NCBI RefSeq assembly: GCF_006345805.1
Contig: NC_043000.1
Coordinates: 30,690,001-30,754,000, forward strand
Source: Octopus sinensis
Taxonomy: Eukaryota
Length of the DNA: 64,000 nt
Direction of reading: 5' to 3'
The position numbers and the translations under genes are program-made. The notes beneath the pieces were generated by a model. The model saw nothing but the letters and a program-made list of their open reading frames with translations, ran no database searches and was not told the DNA's origin. Within the stretch, counting starts at the first letter, position 1, and every line of letters begins with the position of its first letter. Positions 38,997 through 53,709 of this stretch are shown piece after piece.

Positions 38997-39282
38997 AGAA
39001 AGCACCTTCACTTGTTGGAATCACTATCACTTTATTATCTCCCTTTTTTTTTTCAACCACTTCTTTTCAGTCATTCGCTCTGCTGGACCACTGAAAACTA
39101 CACCTTTTTTTTTCATTCTCTCTCTGTTTATTTTCTCGTATTCCTTTCGGGTGAAAAGCGTAGGATCGAAACGTAAAATACATTTTCGTTTTTTTCCGAG
39201 CGTCAATCTAATACACCTGCTTCTTGTTCATACATCTGTCATCGCCTTTTGTTTTTCTATAAATTTCAACTATATACATACA

Positions 39283-39314
<32 letters not shown>

Positions 39315-39589
39315 TGTGTGTGTGTTTATGCGTAGAAATACATACTTGAATGAATAGATATATGTGAGAATATCGAAATATCAATGTAAATGTTACTAGG
39401 TTAACAGCTAATCAACTCCAGTGTTCCGCTGTCCCTTATTTTATCGTCCCTGAAAATGTCAAAGGCAAAGTTGAACTCAGAGAAATTTGAACTCTGAACT
39501 CTATGTTATTGCCCTTAGTCCACCTATATTTTGTGTCCAAGTACTGTTGCAGGTGCACAATGTTTCTAGGGTTCTGTATCTTCTGAGAG

Positions 39590-40500
39590 ACTTATGTATC
39601 ATCTGCATGCCTAGCAAGAGTTATTACCTGAGCCGTTGAAGGCATGTCTCAGAAATTAGTATGTATAGAGGTGGCCCTACGAAAGTGCCCTGTGGGACAT
39701 CACTCAATATTTGTGTTTCCTTGAAGGTAGTCCGTTGGCCACCACTACCGAACTTCTATCTTTTAGAAAGTCATGTAGCCACTCCCCACGTTTTGCCAAG
39801 ATTACGCAGCTTGTGATATATCTACCATGGTAGATTTTATCAAAGGCTTTTGCAAAGTCCAGGTATATCATGTCCATATTTTAATTGTTCAGCAGCTGCT
39901 TTAACACCCAGTTGTGCTGCTTGCAAGAGCTGTGTCAGGAAGCTTCTATGTGGTCGAAAGCCATGCTGGATGTCAGTCAGGAAGTTGTTATCTTCAAGGA
40001 AAGCAATTATAGTCCACCAGACTATTCGTTCCATGAGTTTGCTGATATATGATATCAGGGAGATAGGTTTATAATTCTTAGCATCTGCTCTGTTTCCTCC
40101 TTCACGAATAGTGCATATTATTCCCTCCTTCGGATGGCCTGGGAGCTTACTACTTGCAAGAAAGCTCTGAAAAGCAAGCCACAGTTGTTTTCCAAGGGAT
40201 TGTTTCCATGATTTGAGAAAGATTCCTGTGAATCCATTGGCACCAGTAATTGAATTTGCATCTATATCCACTATTACATTCTCTTCTTTGAGATTGATGT
40301 AACCAAATATTACAGCCTCCCTTTTTACTTCTGTAGTGGTAAAGAATTCTGGAGCTTTGCTGACATTCAGGTGCCGTAAGGGTACCTTAAATGTGTGATG
40401 AAAACACGTTTGAATTGTTCATTCAGTATTTCAGTTACTTGCATTGGTTTTCCCGTCAGGAAACAATCTCTCTGGAGGAGTGGCCCTACTCTGCTTGTAC
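39590..40500 (-). mobile_element. Degenerate CR1-group LINE RT fragment
   Basis: NYKPISLISYISKLMERIV...QHGFRPHRSFLTQLL; homologous to 56355-57500. Confidence 0.85.
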
Positions 40501-40572
40501 AAAGGCAGAATATTAATTATATGCGTATACACCACACACACACACACACATACACACACATACATATATATA

Positions 40573-40785
40573 AATCCCCCGTCAACAGTATACAGAACCT
40601 CATCTATCAAGGATACCATTACGAATGATTTTATGCAACACGAGTCATTTTTAGAGATACTCTTGAGGTAAATAATGCACAATGTTCTGTGTTGTAACAC
40701 AACCTCAACGTTAAGTTGAAGATTAATTATATTATATTATATATATATGTAGTTTTGCATGCATGTATGTAAGTGTCTATCTGCT

Positions 40786-40829
<44 letters not shown>

Positions 40830-41047
40830 TATTTATATAAGCATACACACTTACATACATGCATGCAAAACTACATATATATATATATAATATAATTAAT
40901 CTTCAACTTAACGTGGAGGTTGTGTTACAACACAGAACATTGCATTATTTACCTCGAGAGTATCTCTAATAATGACTCGTGTTGCATAAAATCATTCGTA
41001 ATGGTATCGTTGATAGATGAGATTCTGTATACTGATGACGGGAGATT
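40573..41047. repeat. Inverted repeat (~215-bp arms around (TA)n); right arm runs into tandem degenerate HHR cores
   Basis: 40573-40790 pairs with 40835-41047. CTGATGA at 41032; CTGAAGA at 41079...GAA ATCACATGAT C at 41100-41113. Confidence 0.8.
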
Positions 41048-41245
41048 CGGCCATTATCGCGCCGCCGGATATGAGTCACTGAAGAAAGCATAGTAGGGTG
41101 AAATCACATGATCTAGCAGCTCAGGCGGTCCCAGTAAACGATTGTCAGTCAACGATGTAATTACGCGTGCTTTTATGCAGCAGCCACGAATCCTTATAAG
41201 ACATCCTATCAATATATATATATATATATGCATGCGTGTATATAT

Positions 41246-41278
<33 letters not shown>

Positions 41279-42119
41279 GATGACGTTGAGAGAAAGACCA
41301 AAATTATATTCCGCCATACTTGTATAAATTTAAAGATCACGAAGCTGAAATTGTAATTGATTTTAAACATTTTGTGACTATTAACTTCTTCATTACTTGA
41401 TTTTCAAAATCTAATATTGTTGATTGTAAGTCAATTGTTATGGAAGGAATAAGAAACACCACGTGATAGGGATTTGGACTTCGGTGCATTTAATTGTTGT
41501 TTGAGAAAGCATAATCGTGTTCTAAACACGTGGCATTTTGATTCGGAATATTTTGTGTCTTTAATCGTTGCTGAGCGCACAATTTCGAAGGAATAGTTTT
41601 GAGAAGTGACAATACAAAAATTTATATGAGCAACTAAATATCATGACGTTGTAAGTTAAAGTAACTTTTTCTATAAGTTCTCATAATCTGTTCACACATT
41701 TTTTTGCATTTCTTCAGTAAATGTATTTTTACTATTTATCGCTATTTGATAAGAGCATAGCGCTAACGAGGAGACTTGACTCTTGGTTCTTGTTTAAATT
41801 TTTTGAAATTTTAAAAACTTTTTTGATATTTTTTTAAAGTGCTAAATTACAGGTATTTTTCTGATAGTGCAAATTCATATTTGTTGACGAGGAACAGGCA
41901 TTCCATTTCACAGAATTAATTTCATTTGTTATATCTACTCTTCATTACATCCCTTATATTCAATGACACAAATTGAATTTCTTGATTCACATTTGAAGTG
42001 AATTTTAACGGTAAATTGTTTTTCTTGATTTAAACTCCTAGCATGGGACCATGAATAACTTTATCACTGGCCCCACTTTTAAGGCAACCAGTGAATGCAT
42101 ACACAAATATATATTCTTA

Positions 42120-42342
42120 TATTCTTTTATTTGTTTCAGTCATTTGACTGCGGCCATGTTGGAGCATCACCTTTAGTCGAGCGAATCGACCGCAGGACTT
42201 ATTCTTTGTAAGCCTCGTACTTATTCTATCGGTCCATCTTGCTGAACCGCTAAGTGATGCGAACGTAAATACACCAGCATCGGTTGTCAAGCGATGTTGG
42301 GGGACAAACAGAGGCACATAAACGTATACATAGATATATGTG

Positions 42343-42386
<44 letters not shown>

Positions 42387-42535
42387 GACGGACTTCTGTC
42401 AGCTTCCGTCTACCAAATCCACCCACAAGGCTTTGGACGGCCCGAGGCTATAGTAGAAGACACTTACCCAAGATGCTACGCATTGGGACTGAACCCAGAA
42501 CCTTGTGGTTGGTTAGCAACCTACTTACTACACAG
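42120..42535 (-). mobile_element. SINE 3' part + microsatellite + tRNA-headed SINE
   Basis: ttgtttcagtcatttgactgcggccatg (reverse complement of the SINE tail) and ttccgtctaccaaatccac...gggactgaaccc. The same arrangement recurs at 45235-45480. Confidence 0.7.
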
Positions 42536-42710
42536 CTAACAACTGATGAAGAGTCTCTGTTTATGTTATTTGTTTTGTTTTTCCAATTGTGTCTTTCGTT
42601 GTTCGAAGAATAGTTCATGTTCCATCTACTCATGCTTCGTACATTTTTGTACACGTTTTTCGTGACGTCCTGTGCCCACATATGCATACATATATATATA
42701 TATATATATC

Positions 42711-42759
<49 letters not shown>

Positions 42760-42856
42760 AAGTTAATCCAAACAAAAACACAGAAAAAAACACAGCAACG
42801 CGAGGACGTGGAACAATTAAAGTATTATTTGACGCTTAGGAAAGAAGGGAAGGAGG

Positions 42857-42890
42857 GTTTAACGTTTCGAGGGAGCTCTTCGTCGGAAAC
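42857..42890 (-). ncRNA. Minimal hammerhead-like motif (U4C)
   Basis: Reverse complement reads GTTT CCGACGA a GAG ctcc CTC GAAA CGTT AAAC; related to 47761-47795. Confidence 0.5.
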
Positions 42891-42930
42891 AAAGGAGAAG
42901 GAAGATCCGAGAAGGAAGACAGAGGAAAAA

Positions 42931-42964
<34 letters not shown>

Positions 42965-43120
42965 AGATGTAAGTATGTACATATACGTATGTATATATGT
43001 ATATATATATATATATCATATATATATATATTATATATATAGACAGGAAGCGGGAGAATTGATATATATATATGTGTGTGTGTGTGTGTGTAAATTTGAA
43101 AGGTAACACACACACATATA

Positions 43121-43842
<722 letters not shown>

Positions 43843-45534
43843 AGGAAGATAAAGAAAAGTGAAGAGATATGTTGCTCGCATAGTCAGGTGGTAAGTCGGA
43901 ATTGAAGCGGAGGGGTTGTAGATGAAGCTAAGGGAAGGCAAGGAAGGAATTCGCAGAATAATATGGGGAAAATTGGTCGTTGCTCACAGATGATTCTTAT
44001 TCTTCCTTCTTTAATCATTAACTAGAGCAACTCACTTTCAAACAGTCATGAATTAGGCCATCATGCTCAGAGGTATTTCCGCACCAGCATATTCCATCCT
44101 TTACATACCCATAACAACGCTTCTATTCATTAAACTGCTCACCATATCACCATAAACACACCTATCCAAAACACACACTAACACACACACACACACATAC
44201 ACACACACACATTTGTTTAGTTAATTCTAGATCTGAAATCAGGTGTTAAAATTAAATTGCAATTTTGAACAGCCTTTGTATCAATAAAGACACATGCTGT
44301 TTGTAGTTCAAATCTGTTTGAATATGATTTAACTAATTAATCAATTACTTAATGAATTATGGAATCAGTTATTTGGTTTCTCAAAGTCTTTCGCCATGCT
44401 TCTGCGACCATAACGCTGATTATTACCGTTTGTACACAACCGTGGTAGTTTCACTCAATCTAACTGTTTTCTGCTGTTCTTCATATTCGTCTAGGTATGT
44501 ATTTGTCTTGTATTTGCATTATTTTATTAATGCAATACAGCTGTGTGTGTGTGAATATGTATGTATGAGTGTGTGTATCTTTTCTTATGACGAGCGTCTG
44601 TATCTCCGCGTGACCGAATGTTTGTTTTCATTTTTATGATTTTGTTTTGATTTTAAATCTTCTCATATAACTATAGACACACGCTCACCCATCTCCATAT
44701 TTATTTGTCTGTCTCTATGTGTGGTCTCTCCTTCGGCAGTTGTTTTTGTTATCATTTTATTCACGCCGTCTGTTAGTATAGAGGTAACGCCATTCAGCTA
44801 AGTAGCCGTGTACTTAAGTCGCTACACCTAGGTTTTCTACTTCTTAAATCCCAATTAGAACCACGTGGTGGTCGTTATTGTTAAAGAGTCAGTCATTTCT
44901 ACACAAATCCTAAATCATGACGTATTGAAAAATCTGAATTTTAAATCGAATTATAAAAAACGAAAATGCACAGAATAAACACACCTAATATTTTCTCGCC
45001 TTTATAAATATCCCAAATAATGTTTAGTCATAGATAGCCAGGCAGAGCGCCATTTTATACATATTCGAAACCAGTTCCATAGTGTGGCACCAGCAGATGT
45101 TACACGCAGGAACTTGACTTACATTTTTCAATATAGATTAACTATTTCACTAATTAATTAATTGATAATTAAACAAGTGATCTACAACCAGTGCTTTTAT
45201 TTTCTTGCTCCTAAAGTAGAGCATAAATTTCAGTTACAAACACACCAGCATCGGTTGTCAAGCAATGGTAGGGGGACAAACACAGACACTCACACACACA
45301 CACGCGTGCACACACACGCGCGCGCGCGCATACACACACACATGCGACATGCTTCTTTCAGTTTCCGTCTACCACTTACAAGGCTTTGGTCAACCCGCGA
45401 CTATAATAGGAGACACTTGCCCAAAAACCACGCAGTGGGACTTAACCCGGGACCATATGGTTGGAAAGCCACGCCTGTGCCAGTAAGCATACCTAATATT
45501 TTTTCCTCATTACAGATATCCCAAATACTTTTTA

Positions 45535-45535
45535 G

Positions 45536-45615
<80 letters not shown>

Positions 45616-45616
45616 C

Positions 45617-45700
<84 letters not shown>

Positions 45701-45740
45701 GGATGGATGGATGGATGGATGGATGGATGGATGGATGGAT
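45535..45740. repeat. (GATA)n(GGAT)n microsatellite
   Basis: Read directly from the sequence. Confidence 0.95.
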
Positions 45741-45983
45741 TGGGGGAGAGAGAGAGAGAAAGGTAGAAAGACTTTCTAAATAACTCACTTAGCAATATCG
45801 ATATTAGCAACCCGGTGTTATTACTCTATATAGATGTATACATATCTGAATATCCGAAGAGACAATATGATGAAGTGCACTGTATCTTATAGCAGAAACA
45901 CCTGCAAGCTAATGAAGTTCATTGCATAATTTCCTGTACCTTTCCATTTATTTAATTTTATATACATGCACACATGCATACAT

Positions 45984-46031
<48 letters not shown>

Positions 46032-46046
46032 ATATTTATATATATA

Positions 46047-46081
<35 letters not shown>

Positions 46082-46301
46082 ATGCATACATATATATATG
46101 CATACTTACATACATAATACCTACATACATGCACACCTCCACCTGCATATTTATATTCAATAATTTCCTTCGTTCAACAGCCATAAATCCATAAGAAAAT
46201 TTCGAAACATATACATAGATACGTTGCATTTTTCGTTTAGTCATTAGAGGATATGTGAGAAGATTTTTATTATTCGTGACAATAACAAACTATCAAAATA
46301 C

Positions 46302-46367
46302 ATAGCACTGGCTTGCCATTCTTATCTTTTGTCTCTATTGTGTGCGTGAATTCCAGAATATCCGAAT
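46302..46367 (-). CDS. Candidate 66-nt exon (SDILEFTHTIETKDKNGKPVL)
   Basis: Acceptor cgaaatgtttttacag, donor TAT|gtattt, phase 1 to phase 1, compatible with 48767-48894 and 25648-25769. Confidence 0.4.
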
Positions 46368-47363
46368 CTGTAAAAACATTTCGTATCTTTGTTTAATCCC
46401 TGGGCACACACAGATTTATCTTATAAGTTAAAATATTTCTTCATGTTGTATTCCATTCATACAATTGTAAGTAGTAAAATAATAACATAAAATAAATAAT
46501 CATAGATCGATATAATTTATTATATATATAATTGATTCCTAATTTATATTCCTATGAATTCTGATATTTTTTTAGAATCTTACTTAATACAATTTTATCA
46601 ATTTTATAAAGAAAGAATTCAATGCAAATATACTCGTATTTGTCATGGGAATTTTACAATTTTTATGGAGAATAGCAAGAATTAAATACACGTTATCCTC
46701 AGCAAATATATGATGGACAGTCTTATAACATAAGTGTTTTTAATAATGGAACTGCCGACTATGTATTTGCTGAGAAGGTAATATCAGATTTGGTAGACCA
46801 CAGGAATTAAGAACACCAGGAAGCAACAGCTAAGCAATTTCCTGGTTTGCAGGATTTGACATCTGATTCTTTTATTAGAGAATAATGAATGTCGCAATGT
46901 GTGGTTTTCGTGTTCTCCCTTCTGATATAGGTATTATGTAACTAATTATAATGGAATATGTATTGCTGAATGCGTAAAACGATTCCCTAGAGAGTATCAA
47001 CGAGTGATTTCATACGTTACTCAAACTACTTTGTTTCTACCTTGATACCTGCAATTAGTACTGTCAACATCTGTGAATATATAGCGTAACTCTTATTTGG
47101 AGGCCAATTCTGTCAACACTGGCATTGTGACTAATCTATGTAGTAACTTTAATATTTTACTTGTGTCAGTCATTGGACTATGGCCATTGTGAGGTACCTC
47201 ACTGAAGTGTTTAGTCGAAGAAATCGACTCCAGTACTTGAAGTCTGATACCCATCAATTCGAATCTTTTACTGAACCGATAAGTTACGGGAACGTAAACA
47301 AGAAACCAGTACCGGTTGCTATATGATGGTGCGAGGGCAGAGGACACACACGCATATATATGT

Positions 47364-47469
<106 letters not shown>

Positions 47470-47760
47470 TTACTATTATGCAAAATTGTCGCAAGTCCGA
47501 AACGTTACTTTTTCAGAAAATGAAAAAAATAGTTGCAGCATTCAATAGCAGAACCATTGTACTACACTTTGAAATTTCTTTGATACCTCAACATCTAAAG
47601 CAGGTGGAGATACGATTGTTTGACCCAAAGAACAAGCTATTACAAGTAAAAGTATATATTGAATGATTCACATTTGGCAAAATTTGGACATACGACAGTT
47701 TAACATAATAGCAACTGGCAAATTTCTTCCTCCGTCTTCCCTTCTATTGGACTTTCCTCT

Positions 47761-47795
47761 GTTTCCGAAGAAGAGCATCTTCTCGAAACATTAAA
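47761..47795 (+). ncRNA. Degenerate minimal hammerhead-like motif
   Basis: GTTT CCGAAGA a GAG catctt CTC GAAA CATT AAAT. Confidence 0.4.
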
Positions 47796-48066
47796 TCATA
47801 TTTTTTCGTTCCCTGAGCGTTCGCTAATACTTTACATGTACCACGTCCTCGCGTTGTTGTTTTTGTGTTTTTCTTCTTTTTTGAGGATTTACTTTATATC
47901 AAATTTCATCGTTCAACTAAAACCCTAGAAGGTAAAAAAAATCAGTAAAAGATAGAAACATATACATGTCAGTCAGATTACTATAAGAATAGAGTTGAAT
48001 GTGGTTTAAGGTTTGGCACCTTGATCAACAAAATAGATCACTGCTAACACAACTGAAAGTGCGCTG

Positions 48067-48101
<35 letters not shown>

Positions 48102-48164
48102 ACGTAGACTAACAACTTTAATCGCATCCAGAGAAGAACTACTTGGCTGATTAATGCACAAAGT

Positions 48165-48425
48165 GACTTAGTGGTTAGAGTATTACAGTCGCTAGTTTGA
48201 TACCCAGCACACGTTGTGTCATTGAACGAGACACTTTATCTCAGCCGGCAAAAATTGGTTGTACCCGTATTTCAAACCCTTGTTAGATACTCTGTTATGC
48301 TGAATCTTCCTCAGAACTATGTTAAATGTACGCGTGTTTGCAGAGTTATTTCACTCGCATAGTTATTTCACGAGCAGAGTATTCCATTATTCTGATCCAC
48401 TAGAGCACCCGTTGTTGTCGTAACC
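48165..48425 (+). mobile_element. tRNA-headed SINE, second family
   Basis: Homologous to 12000-12305. Confidence 0.65.
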
Positions 48426-48766
48426 GACAGAGTGACAGTTTTTACCCAAGGACACACTGCATCCTCTGGTCAACAGTCCTGCTCTATACTCTCTCTAACC
48501 CTTTCTGTCGCTAATATAATGACTTCTTCGTTTCATTGCGGCTGACTCCATATACCTCTATCCTTAAGGGACCCTGACCCAATCGTATAACGATCTCTCG
48601 GTGCTCCTGATGAAGCCAACATCCCCTTTTCCTGCGCTAGACATAATGCCCAATCATCCATTAAGGAATACTCTCACTCGCTTAGTTGAGAATGACAGCG
48701 TTCTAGCCATGACTCTTTCAACTCAGCAAGTAAAAAAAAATGAAAATGAAGTACGAAGATATTTAC

Positions 48767-48894
48767 ATGATTCAGCTGTATGTAAATTCGTCCATTGCAT
48801 ATTACAAAGTGATTTGATGTCCTTCGCAGAGTTTCGAACTCTGATTGTAGAAGAATAAACTTCAAGTATTCCACACACAACCAGTCCAGTAATT
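48767..48894 (-). CDS. Candidate exon (ITGLVVCGILEVYSSTIRVRNSAKDIKSLCNMQWTNLHTAES)
   Basis: Acceptor tttctttattgttgtgcag and donor CAT|gtaaat; 128 nt open in two frames within non-repetitive DNA. Confidence 0.5.
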
Positions 48895-49094
48895 CTGCAC
48901 AACAATAAAGAAATCCACATTTAGAATTACCGTATGTGATTCAAATTAATTTGAAATTCGTCACATTTATTATTCAATAGATCTTCGCTGCTTAGACAAA
49001 TACTTAAGACACCGAATACAGTGATGAATCCTCAGATAAAACACAAGATGGTTTATCATTCAAAAATATGAAGCATTAATTCAGCATCAAATAC

Positions 49095-49105
49095 CCATAA
49101 TTCAT
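49095..49105 (-). CDS. Candidate start mini-exon (MNYG)
   Basis: ATG AAT TAT GG|gtattt ends in phase 2, matching the next exon and completing a signal-peptide-like N-terminus. Confidence 0.3.
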
Positions 49106-50061
49106 TGCGGTAACGAGCCAAATTTTCTGCAGCTAAACACATTCACAATAAACATAGAATATCATTTTCAAATGAATCATTTGATTCTCCAGATGGGATT
49201 TGTAAAAATAGCAACAATTTAGCAACAGAATTCGTGATTAAATAGCAACAGTTTGCTTTGTAGTGTTTCAGTTATGTTGGTCGCCACAGAAAGTCGTCAG
49301 AAAGGCTATCTCAACAGAATATAATTCCATGCAGTTAAAAATATAACTAAAAGAAACGTATTTCTTTATCCGGGTCCCACCATGATTTTATGTCAGTATA
49401 AAGAATTTTTTTTTCATAGAGTAGATGACTTCGGCCAATTTATGGTAATGTGGGGGTACATTAAATGATGGCGGGATCGGATTTTGGAAACCTAAAACTT
49501 TGCGATTCTTTTTTACAAACACCATCAATGGGAAGCTTGAAAGATGTTGAGAGGGCCTTCATTATTGGCTCAATTAGAAGAGAAGAGCGCCGTAGAGGAT
49601 ATTTAAAAGTCTCCATAAATTACTGAGGGAAAGAAGGAAGTATCCAAACCTGATTGACTGTTTCAGTAGGAAACATGACCGCATCAAGGAACCAATACAA
49701 CTACTGCAGGACCGAATCGACAGAATGAGAGATCTTTTTAGAAAAATATAGAACATAGTCTCTAACCAAAATGTATTAACTGTATTTGTATATTTCAACG
49801 AGGCGTTTCACAGAAAAGCAATGCTAAATATCTTCTGGAATTTCGGCATTTTAAATGATATTGCTAAGGACATTACAAAGTTTTCTACCTTCTGGCCATG
49901 CTGAAGCATAGCTTATTCGATTTTAGTGAAACAGCTCAAACCCAGGACTTATTCTTCTTTCTTAAGTCTGGTATTAATTTTATCGGTCGCTTTTGTCGAG
50001 CCACTAAGTTATATCGACGTAAACAAAGCGGCAGTGTTTCTCAAATGCTAGTGGTGTACAA

Positions 50062-50112
<51 letters not shown>

Positions 50113-50113
<1 letters not shown>

Positions 50114-50360
50114 TGGGTTGGTGTATAATTATTGCGGTTTATTTTCAACAAATTTTATTCAACAAAAACAATAACAATATATAACGAAAACATCTTTCAA
50201 TGACGTAGTGACCGTCTGCCAAGCAAATGAGAAGCAATGATTGAAGTAGATAGTGAATATGCTCCGAAATAATCATTTAAAGACGTTTTTGTTACATGTT
50301 ATTGCTTTTGTTGAATAAAAATTGTTGAAAAAAAGCCGCAATAATTATGCACCAACCCAA
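50113..50360. mobile_element. Mariner-derived MITE (248 bp) with TA target duplication
   Basis: TA|ttgggttggtgtataattattgcgg ... ccgcaataattatgcaccaacccaa|TA, with long imperfect TIRs. Confidence 0.9.
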
Positions 50361-50774
50361 TATTACTAGCTTCTACACTGTTCCCGTCTTCCAAATTAAT
50401 TCTCAAAGCATTTGACTACCCAAACTATAGAAGAAGACACCAGCCAAAGGGGCTTCACGGTGGGACTAAATGCAAAATCACATGGTTCCAAACTGAGCTT
50501 CTTTACCACAAAGCCAGTCACAGGCGCTCAATCTAAAGAGTATCCAAGAAAAGCCGAAATCCTTTCAGGGAACACATTCTAGTTTCTCTCTTTTGTAGTA
50601 TCACACCCTGAGGCCAAGTCTTGACCTCATCCAAGACAAAAGGTTCAACGCCAAACAGATGTAATTCAATATGCCAACAGAATGTGAATCTCTCTAACCT
50701 AGGCTAAGCTTACTATGTTGCTTTCACATCCCATCATCTTTATGATGTGCAACACTTGTTAAGATGACTAAATT

Positions 50775-51140
50775 GGCACACATCGGTTTTGATGATGAGT
50801 GTTCCGATTAATCCGATGAACGGAACAGCCTGCTCGTGAAATTAACGTACAAATGGCCGAGTACTCCACAGACACGCATACATTTAACGTAATTCTTAAG
50901 AAGATTCAGTGTGACACAGAATGTGATAAGGCTGGCCCTGTTGAGCTACAGGTACAACTCATTTTTGCCAGCTGAGTGGATAGGAGGAACCTGAGATAAA
51001 GTGTCTTGCTTCCCAACCATATGGTTCCGGGTTCATACTCACTCTGCATGGCACCTTCGGTAAGTGTCTTCTTCTGTGGCCTCAGGCCGACCAAAGACCT
51101 GTGAGTGGATTTGGTAGACGGAAATTAAAATAAGACCGTC
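50775..51140. mobile_element. SINE fragments (second family on - strand, plus part of a tRNA-headed SINE)
   Basis: Reverse-complement homology to 12100-12300 and to 42385-42535. Confidence 0.6.
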
Positions 51141-51711
51141 ATATATATATATATATGGAATGTTGGTTGAGGCGATTTGCAACCTTCATCCGTCGTTTCA
51201 TGAGGATCTTCCTCTCCCTTGGAATCTTGTTCCTTTTTGTGTTGGCCTTGTGCTCTGGGACACACACTCACACACACACACACACATACACACACACACC
51301 ACGCATATATATATATATATATTCTTTTTAGTCGATTGATATTCTCTTTAGATTTTTTAGTTGCATGATACTCTTTAGAATTTTTAGTCGATTGCATATA
51401 CCATCTTGATAGGCCGTTCTATATATTTGTATTCTTATTTGCATATATATTTTTTACCTTCTGTCCTTTTTTTTATAGATGTATTCTTTATATGTTTAAG
51501 GGCCATGGTAATATTTATATATCATCAAATGTATGGAAGCGTTGACTCGAATTTGATGTTTGTTCTCTTATCAATGTTTTTTTTTTTTTATTTCTGTCTC
51601 AATCTCATTTAAGCACTTCTTTTTTGCAGTCTTATAAACTTTATTTGTCTCCATAAAAAGAGGCAAAAATTATTTCTTGTCGTATATATATAAAAGTGTG
51701 TGTGTATATAC

Positions 51712-51758
<47 letters not shown>

Positions 51759-51814
51759 AATGTGTGTGTTCTTGTGTGTGAGTGCATGTGTGCGTGCGTG
51801 TGTGTGTAATTTAT

Positions 51815-52058
51815 ATAGAGTGGTGCAAAAGTAGGTATACAGTTTTGAAAAAAAGGAAACCCGTACAATACGCATTTATTTTTATCAAAAAAAAATTTGA
51901 AGTTAGGATCAAAGTATTATTATAGTTATGATGAATGCATTATTATGATTAATGACACTCAAAAATGAGGCTGACTAATTTAACGTTCTAATAATTTTAA
52001 TGAATTATGTCTTGATGTGATACTCACTGTATACCTACTTTTGCGCCTGACCCTTTAT
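51815..52058. mobile_element. Tc1/mariner-type MITE
   Basis: TIRs gcaaaagtaggtatacagt / actgtatacctacttttgc in TA context. Confidence 0.75.
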
Positions 52059-52915
52059 AATATAAAGATATTTGTAGAGCGAGATAGAACAGTGAGAGGA
52101 GAAGGGCGAGAGAGAGAAAGAGATAAACAGAGAAAAGAGAGGAAGCTGAGAGGGTGATAGATGGAAAGGTAAGGAGATGATGCTACAAGTTTCTTCTTCA
52201 ACGAATCTTTTGGCTGGAATTATTCCTGCATTGTTGTTGACGTGTTGAAGCTGATCATATCGTCTTGACTGCAACAGTTATTATTTTTCTTATGAGCCTG
52301 CTGCTGTTGCTGCTGTTGTCGGTCTTTCTTCCTTGACTGCTGCCGCTGCTATAGCTGCTGCATATGCTACTGCCGCTACCGCTGTTCTTCGAATGTAATT
52401 AAAGGCGATATCATTGCTTATTGACGACCCAAACAAACAAACACGTTGGCCAGTCAATTTGAATAGAAGTGTATATGAGTGTTTGCCTTAGCAGATTCCA
52501 ATGTCGACGATTATCGTGTGTGTGTTTATGTATCTGTGTGTGTGGTTATGTGTATGCATGAGCTACGGTTACTCAGTGTATGTGTGTTTTTATGTGTAAA
52601 TGACTATGTTTCTGTGTGTGTGTGCATGCATAAAGTATGACGTGTAGGTGTATGTAATTGTATGATTTTATCTGTGTGTCTATGTCAATGACTCCATACG
52701 TGTGTGTGTTTGCATGCGTATTTCTGTATGTACGCGTGCATATGTGTATGCTTCTATATTTCTGTGTACTGCTGTATGTGTGTGGTTATGTCTGTGTATG
52801 GATGTGTGTGTCTATGTAAATGTATTTCTCTGTTTCTGTGTCTATACGGTAGTAATTTCTATGCATGTATGTATATATATGTATGCATGTATGTATGCAT
52901 GTGTGTGCACATATG

Positions 52916-52977
<62 letters not shown>

Positions 52978-53072
52978 TACGTATATATGCATGTATATAA
53001 TGTAGCATCTGTATATATGCGTGTTTTTATGTATATATGTATATATTTTTGTGTATATATATCGATATATAT

Positions 53073-53104
<32 letters not shown>

Positions 53105-53709
53105 TATAATATATATATGTATGTGTGTATTTATGTACGTCCATATATGCCTATATGTATGTATGTGTATTTATGTATGCGTATCTATGTATATACATTT
53201 GTGCGTATATATGCGTGTATATGTTGGAATATGTGTGTGTATTTATGCATATGTGTGTTCGTATGTATTTCTCTGTCTATGTGCATGCGTTTTTGTTTGT
53301 ATAAGTCAATATGTGCGTATATTCTATATAACAGGGTGTATAACTACATGCGTCTTTATCTGTGTGTGCATATATACATACATACATACATACATACATA
53401 CATACATACATACATACATACATACATACATACATACATACATACATACATAGATATGTGTGTGTGTGTATGTGTGTGTCTATGAATGTATGTATATATG
53501 CATGTGTTGGAATGCCTTTGTTGTATGTGTTAGTGTATATATACCAACATGTGTTAGGGGTGTATATAAAGGAGTGTCTTCATTCTGTACGTGTAATTAC
53601 TTGGTTTTCTCTCAATTCGAGAATTACCTCACCGTCCCTATTCTGCCCTCAAACCGCGCAGACTTGTTAATTTCCCAACGTTTGTGCTTGAACCTAGGAA
53701 CTATATAAT

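Noticed and set aside
42543-42690. CTGATGA-containing repeat (also at 55190-55335, minus strand)
   Set aside because: It is a real two-copy repeat and may be pLTR-derived, but I could not find the GAAA/stem III half, so it is not called an HHR.
44426-44491. Candidate minus-strand exon (EYEEQQKTVRLSETTTVVYK)
   Set aside because: The acceptor lacks a pyrimidine tract and is not needed for a phase-consistent model.
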